Assembly (NCBI GenBank): GCA_964016885.1
Contig: OZ024744.1
Span: 95,976,001-96,040,000, forward strand
Source of the DNA: Eledone cirrhosa
Lineage: Eukaryota
Direction: 5' to 3'
DNA length: 64,000 nt
Below, one piece after another: positions 63,429 to 64,000 of the stretch. The notes beneath the pieces are model-generated. The model ran no database searches and was not told the origin of the DNA. It saw only the letters and a program-made list of their open reading frames with translations. Each line of letters opens with the position of its first letter. The first letter of the stretch is position 1. Made by a program: the position numbers and the translations under genes.

Positions 63429-64000
63429 ATATATTATAATGACAATGATGCTAGCGATGACAACGACAATAATGGCTATTATAGAGGAAATTTTAAAACA
63501 TGTTTTTAAATTTGAGGAGAACTAAATAAATAAAACACTCTTTGTTACATTTTCATATTTTTACTACACTAGTATGATAGGTATTACAGGAGGCAAATTA
63601 GTAGAGTCATTAGAGCACAAAGCTGAAATGAATACAGCAAAGCATTCTATCTGACATTCTAATCATCATCATCATCATTTTATTAACGCCATCGTTCTTG
63701 TCAACGCTCCGTTTAGTTGGTATTTGTTGGTCTACAGTTAGATGAATGGCGCACAAAGGATTAATGTTTATTGGCAAGAAGTAGCAACTGGACTGGTTTG
63801 TTTCGCTTATATTATATATTAAAATAACAGATTAAAGCTTAAGCAAAGAATCGCTGCTTTCTTCTTTAATGGGATCTTCTGAAACTAAAAAAATCAATCT
63901 GTGAACGCAGAAGTAAATATTTCGAAAAACGTTGCAGCCGAAGGAAAACAGGAAGACGATACTTTGGTTCGTGAAGACGTTCCTTGGCAATGAACAGAAA

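Overview
AT-rich, repeat-dense animal genomic DNA. The SINE, RTE and microsatellite content suggests a mollusc, probably a cephalopod (inference only). The one host gene I can support is on the + strand: the last four coding exons (36, 202, 145 and 167 nt; 21689-43388) of a Hedgehog acyltransferase-like MBOAT (HHAT/rasp), with YFD and FYWHG motifs and an 18-kb intron. The rest is mobile or repetitive DNA: RTE LINEs carrying a PHD-type finger inside the RT region, a complete but degenerate Gypsy element nested in a Tx1/L1-like LINE, CRE-like RLE-LINE fragments, two tRNA-derived SINE families, TTAA piggyBac-like MITEs, two non-autonomous Helitrons, fold-backs and several mini/microsatellites. 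The top finding is an intact minimal type I hammerhead ribozyme (43817-43861). It sits in a small, direct-repeat-bounded retrozyme/Penelope-like insert, in sense orientation about 430 nt after the HHAT stop codon and before the first AATAAA, so it may lie within the 3' UTR. Most long ORFs in the supplied track are microsatellite artefacts.
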